Position numbers and translations under genes: made by a program. DNA of 63,019 nucleotides, counting the filler, from Lenisia limosa (taxonomy: Eukaryota > Protista > Breviatea), in NCBI GenBank assembly GCA_001655205.1. It is 16 parts of 16 records of this genome, joined end to end, with 100 filler letters (N's around TTAATTAATTAA, not from the genome) between each part and the next. Parts side by side here need not be neighbours in the genome. Positions count along the whole stretch, not along the records: positions 59,317 to 61,376 come from LPNZ01007107.1; positions 61,477 to 63,019 come from LPNZ01007784.1; 14 more parts are not named here. The stretch is one strand, 5' to 3'. Shown one piece after another: positions 59,650-63,019 of the stretch. The number at the start of each line of letters is the position of its first letter. The first letter of the stretch is position 1. The notes beneath the pieces were generated by a model, which was given only the letters and a program-made list of their open reading frames with translations, did not search any database and was not told the origin of the DNA.

Positions 59650-61203
59650 AAAGCATACCCGTAAGTTCTTCAAGTCTGGATTTCTGCTGGGAGGGGGCGA
59701 CATTGTCCTCCTTGGTTTGTTCTGAAACCTCCATTGGAACAGTCTACAGCGTTAGTTTCTAAGCCAACCAATTATAATATTTTGCAATGAGAAATAAAAA
59801 ATAAGGTTGTATCNNNNNNNNNNNNNNNNNNNNNNNNNNNNNNNNNNNNNNNNNNNNNNNNNNNNNNNNNNNNNNNNNNNNNNNNNNNNNNNNNNNNNNN
59901 NNNNNNNNNNNNNNNNNNNNNNNNNNNNNNNNNNNNNNNNNNNNNNNNNNNNNNNNNNNNNNNNNNNNNNNNNNNNNNNNNNNNNNNNNNNNNNNNNNNN
60001 NNNNNNNNNNNNNNNNNNNNNNNNNNNNNTGTTGAATTATGATTTAACCAGTTACATTCCACTTACGGTGAGAAGTCAGCACCATCAGAGGTGGCCATAT
60101 TGAGGTCTAAGATCTCATGGATCAAGGCATTGGCTGCCTATGCGGGTAAATCGAAGGAAATTCCAATGATGAGTATTGACTGAGATGTACTCACCATGAA
60201 CAAGAGCTTTCACACATTAAAGGTTACTGTGAATATGGTATATGGTACAGAGTACATAGTATGTCTCAAATGCTTCCATACACAGTGTATCCTTTCAAAG
60301 CTTACTCTTGTGCTTGTACAAGGACCAAGAACGGTGTCAATGACATTGGCCCCGGGCGCACCCTAATATGATAAGTGTCATTTAATACAGTAAGTGGTAT
60401 GTTATCTAATGCGGAAGGTGTGTACCGCTTCATTTCAGTCCGACAAAAGACTGGCGATTAGGTACGGGGATGACTAAATTAAGGTTTCATAGTATCAAAT
60501 GGAAACTTGAAGTCCCAACCCCAGGTTCATAATATCAATGGAAACTTGAAGTCCCTATTCCTAATTAATCAAGGCTCTTTTATCGCACCTCAATGAGCTT
60601 GGACGCCTCCTGTGAGGATTTCGACTGATTAAGGAAGGACTCGTGTGCCCAAGCTGCAAGGCCTGGGGGGGGGGNNNNNNNNNNNNNNNNNNNNNNNNNN
60701 NNNNNNNNNNNNNNNNNNNNNNNNNNNNNNNNNNNNNNNNNNNNTTTTCAAAGAAAAGTCCATATCGATATAGTATTTTCCCAAATGCCTACCTTGGTAA
60801 AAGGCCCTAAGGAAGGTGGGAGACGTGTCATTACCCATGTTTTTGGCCTGCAAAGGTCAGCGGAAGTTGTTTATGTTTCTTTTGGAGAATGGAACACTAC
60901 TACTAACTGGAGATGAAATAAAGCACCCAATTTTGCTCACCACCCCCCCACCTTGATATGGGCCATTGAATGAATGACAACAATTGTAAGGTCTCCTACG
61001 GTCTGGACAGATGAAACAACGAACATTAATTCTACCACAAAGATAAAAATCAAGCATTTGATATTTGATTTGAAGGAACGCCCTTGTAATTGCTCCATCA
61101 ACACACCTGGCAGCGCTGTCGCCTGATGAAAAGGGTCTTATCAGAGGGGCGGTACATGACACTTTCCTTGAAGGCGTTTCCAGCGTACTTGCGGACCGGC
61201 AGT
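59650..61203 (-). CDS. Hypothetical multi-exon protein, C-terminal region
   Basis: Linked exons LPVRKYAGNAFKESVMYRPSDKTLFIRRQRCQ|TVGDLTIVVIHSMAHIK|AKNMGNDTSPTFLRAFYQ|GLAAWAHESF. Confidence 0.6.
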
Positions 61204-61212
61204 CTGCTACAG

Positions 61213-61344
61213 AGTTGTATCTTGATCTAATTGGTTAGCTTGGTATGTGTCTTGATCTAATTGGTTAGTTTGGAGTTGTACCTTGATCTAATTGGTTAGT
61301 TTGGAGTTGTATCTTGATCTAAATGGTTAGCTACAGAGTTGTAT
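61213..61344. repeat. Minisatellite, about 31-bp unit x4
   Basis: GTTGTATCTTGATCTAATTGGTTAGTTTGGA repeated, followed by a (GT)n tract. Confidence 0.85.
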
Positions 61345-61754
61345 TGTGATGCAATTGTGTGTGTGTGTGTGTGTGTNNNNNNNNNNNNNNNNNNNNNNNN
61401 NNNNNNNNNNNNNNNNNNNNTTAATTAATTAANNNNNNNNNNNNNNNNNNNNNNNNNNNNNNNNNNNNNNNNNNNNAAAAAAAAAGGCCAATATATAGTA
61501 TAATATATACAATATATCCACATCCTGCCCATTACAGGGAACTTCTCTCATAACACATATCGATACATACATACACACAGTAACTGGGGTAAGTCTTGAG
61601 CGATTTGCTATGTGATTTCCCAAGGAAAATAGGTCAAGCCTTATCCCAGTCACTTAAGAAATTTATATTTATATTACACTCATATATCATATAGTACATA
61701 TCATATATATGTGCATATGATATATAAAAGATAATACCCCCGCATCCCCACATT

Positions 61755-62835
61755 AATCACGGGCTGGATCGGGTTAAAGACGAAGCGTTCAGATTCGAAG
61801 GCCTTATTCGACTGTATAGACTGAATAGCGTGCTGCGGAGAGGGTAAATTACTTACTCGGGTTTTCATACACACACACTATTACCCCCCCCCCCCTACCC
61901 GGCCCTGGTATCTNNNNNNNNNNNNNNNNNNNNNNNNNNNNNNNNNNNNNNNNNNNNNNNNNNNNNNNNNNNNNNNNNNNNNNNNNNNNNNNNNNNNNNN
62001 NNNNNNNNNNNNNNNNNNNNNNNNNNNNNNNNNNNNNNNNNNNNNNNNNNNNNNNNNNNNNNNNNNNNNNNNNNNNNNNNNNNNNNNNNNNNNNNNNNNN
62101 NNNNNNNNNNNNNNNNNNNNNNNNNNNNNNNNNNNNTCTGCCATTTGAGTGTGTGCACTTGAGCTTATTAAGGATGCCTGATTTTGTAGAACAAACCCGC
62201 TTGTTCATAAAAACACCCTTTATCACTTTGAAAGTAGTTTTTCACCACAGACGCTCCCCCGACATATGGTCCTAATATGTATTTGTTTCCCTTGTCTTGA
62301 TTTCAACACATATTTTTTTTTTTAAAAAAAAACGCTAACAAAACACCGTTCTATTTGTATGAGCCCAAATTCGATTGGAAGCATTATCATATAATGCGGA
62401 GGGGAGAGTAGATTACCTAGAAAAGCAACACGAATAATATTAGTAATAATAATAAATAGTAAATATGCCAACCCGGACCTGGGTGTTTCTGGGGATGTTC
62501 CTGCTCAATATTGGGTGACGCAGCTAATATCGGAGTTTTTGCTGATTTCTTAGCGCGGGGCGGGGATGGGGTTGGCGTTGGCGTAATTGGCGTATTTGGC
62601 TCGGGTCTAAAGCGTGAGACAGGGTCGATTACGTCACTGGGTAGAGAAAGGATATGATATAGAGGAAATAAGTACAATTTGTATTAAATTGTATCCCCGA
62701 TAAAATTTTAACCAAAATTATATCTGGGGGACAAAGGATCCACCAACCGGGGTTCTGGGGTGGGTTCGGGCTCTGGCGCCGACGGCAAAGCCGGAATATT
62801 GCGCCGAACTATACTCGGCATTTCCACTGGTCCTA
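61755..62835 (-). CDS. Pro-rich hypothetical protein, internal exons
   Basis: PVEMPSIVRRNIPALPSAPEPEPTPEP; DVIDPVSRFRPEPNTPITPTPTPSPPRAKK; HAIQSIQSNKAFESERFVFNPIQP. Confidence 0.45.
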
Positions 62836-63019
62836 AACAAGATTATACATGTTTTACGTTTAGAGCAGAGCAGGGTTCCAACTTAAAACCCCATTTTGAT
62901 ACACTGGTCCACCTTATCATTTATTCGTTTCTATATTATGCCCCCCCACCTTCGCCAAACTGAATATTGATATCTGGGGGTTTGGCCTGACCATGGAATA
63001 GAACGTGTGAACAATGGTG

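Overview
Eukaryotic nuclear DNA from an intron-rich protist. It is not one locus: 15 artificial 100-bp spacers (44 N + TTAATTAATTAA + 44 N) join 16 short draft scaffolds, so adjacency across spacers means nothing. Spliced by eye with GT-AG introns and the standard code, the window holds a CFAP299/DUF4464-like gene, a partial pyruvate:ferredoxin oxidoreductase (PFO, >=22 exons including 13- and 11-nt microexons), SCYL1-like pseudokinase, METTL1/Trm8, a decayed intron-containing hAT transposase, a large gene ending in an OTU-like domain with Cys->Thr, a Cys-rich type I membrane protein, PP4R3/SMEK, a TPX2-like protein, a PHD-finger protein, LSM3, RPLP2, a GUP1/HHAT-like MBOAT, an LRR protein, tRNA-Val(AAC), PRPF3, an ankyrin protein and several hypotheticals. 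The most striking signal is in the introns. Two short repeat families (B, about 100 bp; C, about 55 bp) recur in unrelated genes, almost always sense and ending at or near the 3' splice AG, suggesting Introner-like or acceptor-donating elements. Many introns also open with a G-run and close with a C-run. At least three further small mobile families (two TA-flanked MITEs and a non-TIR hairpin repeat) are dense in introns. All homology calls are from motif recognition, not database searches, and the species cannot be determined from the sequence.
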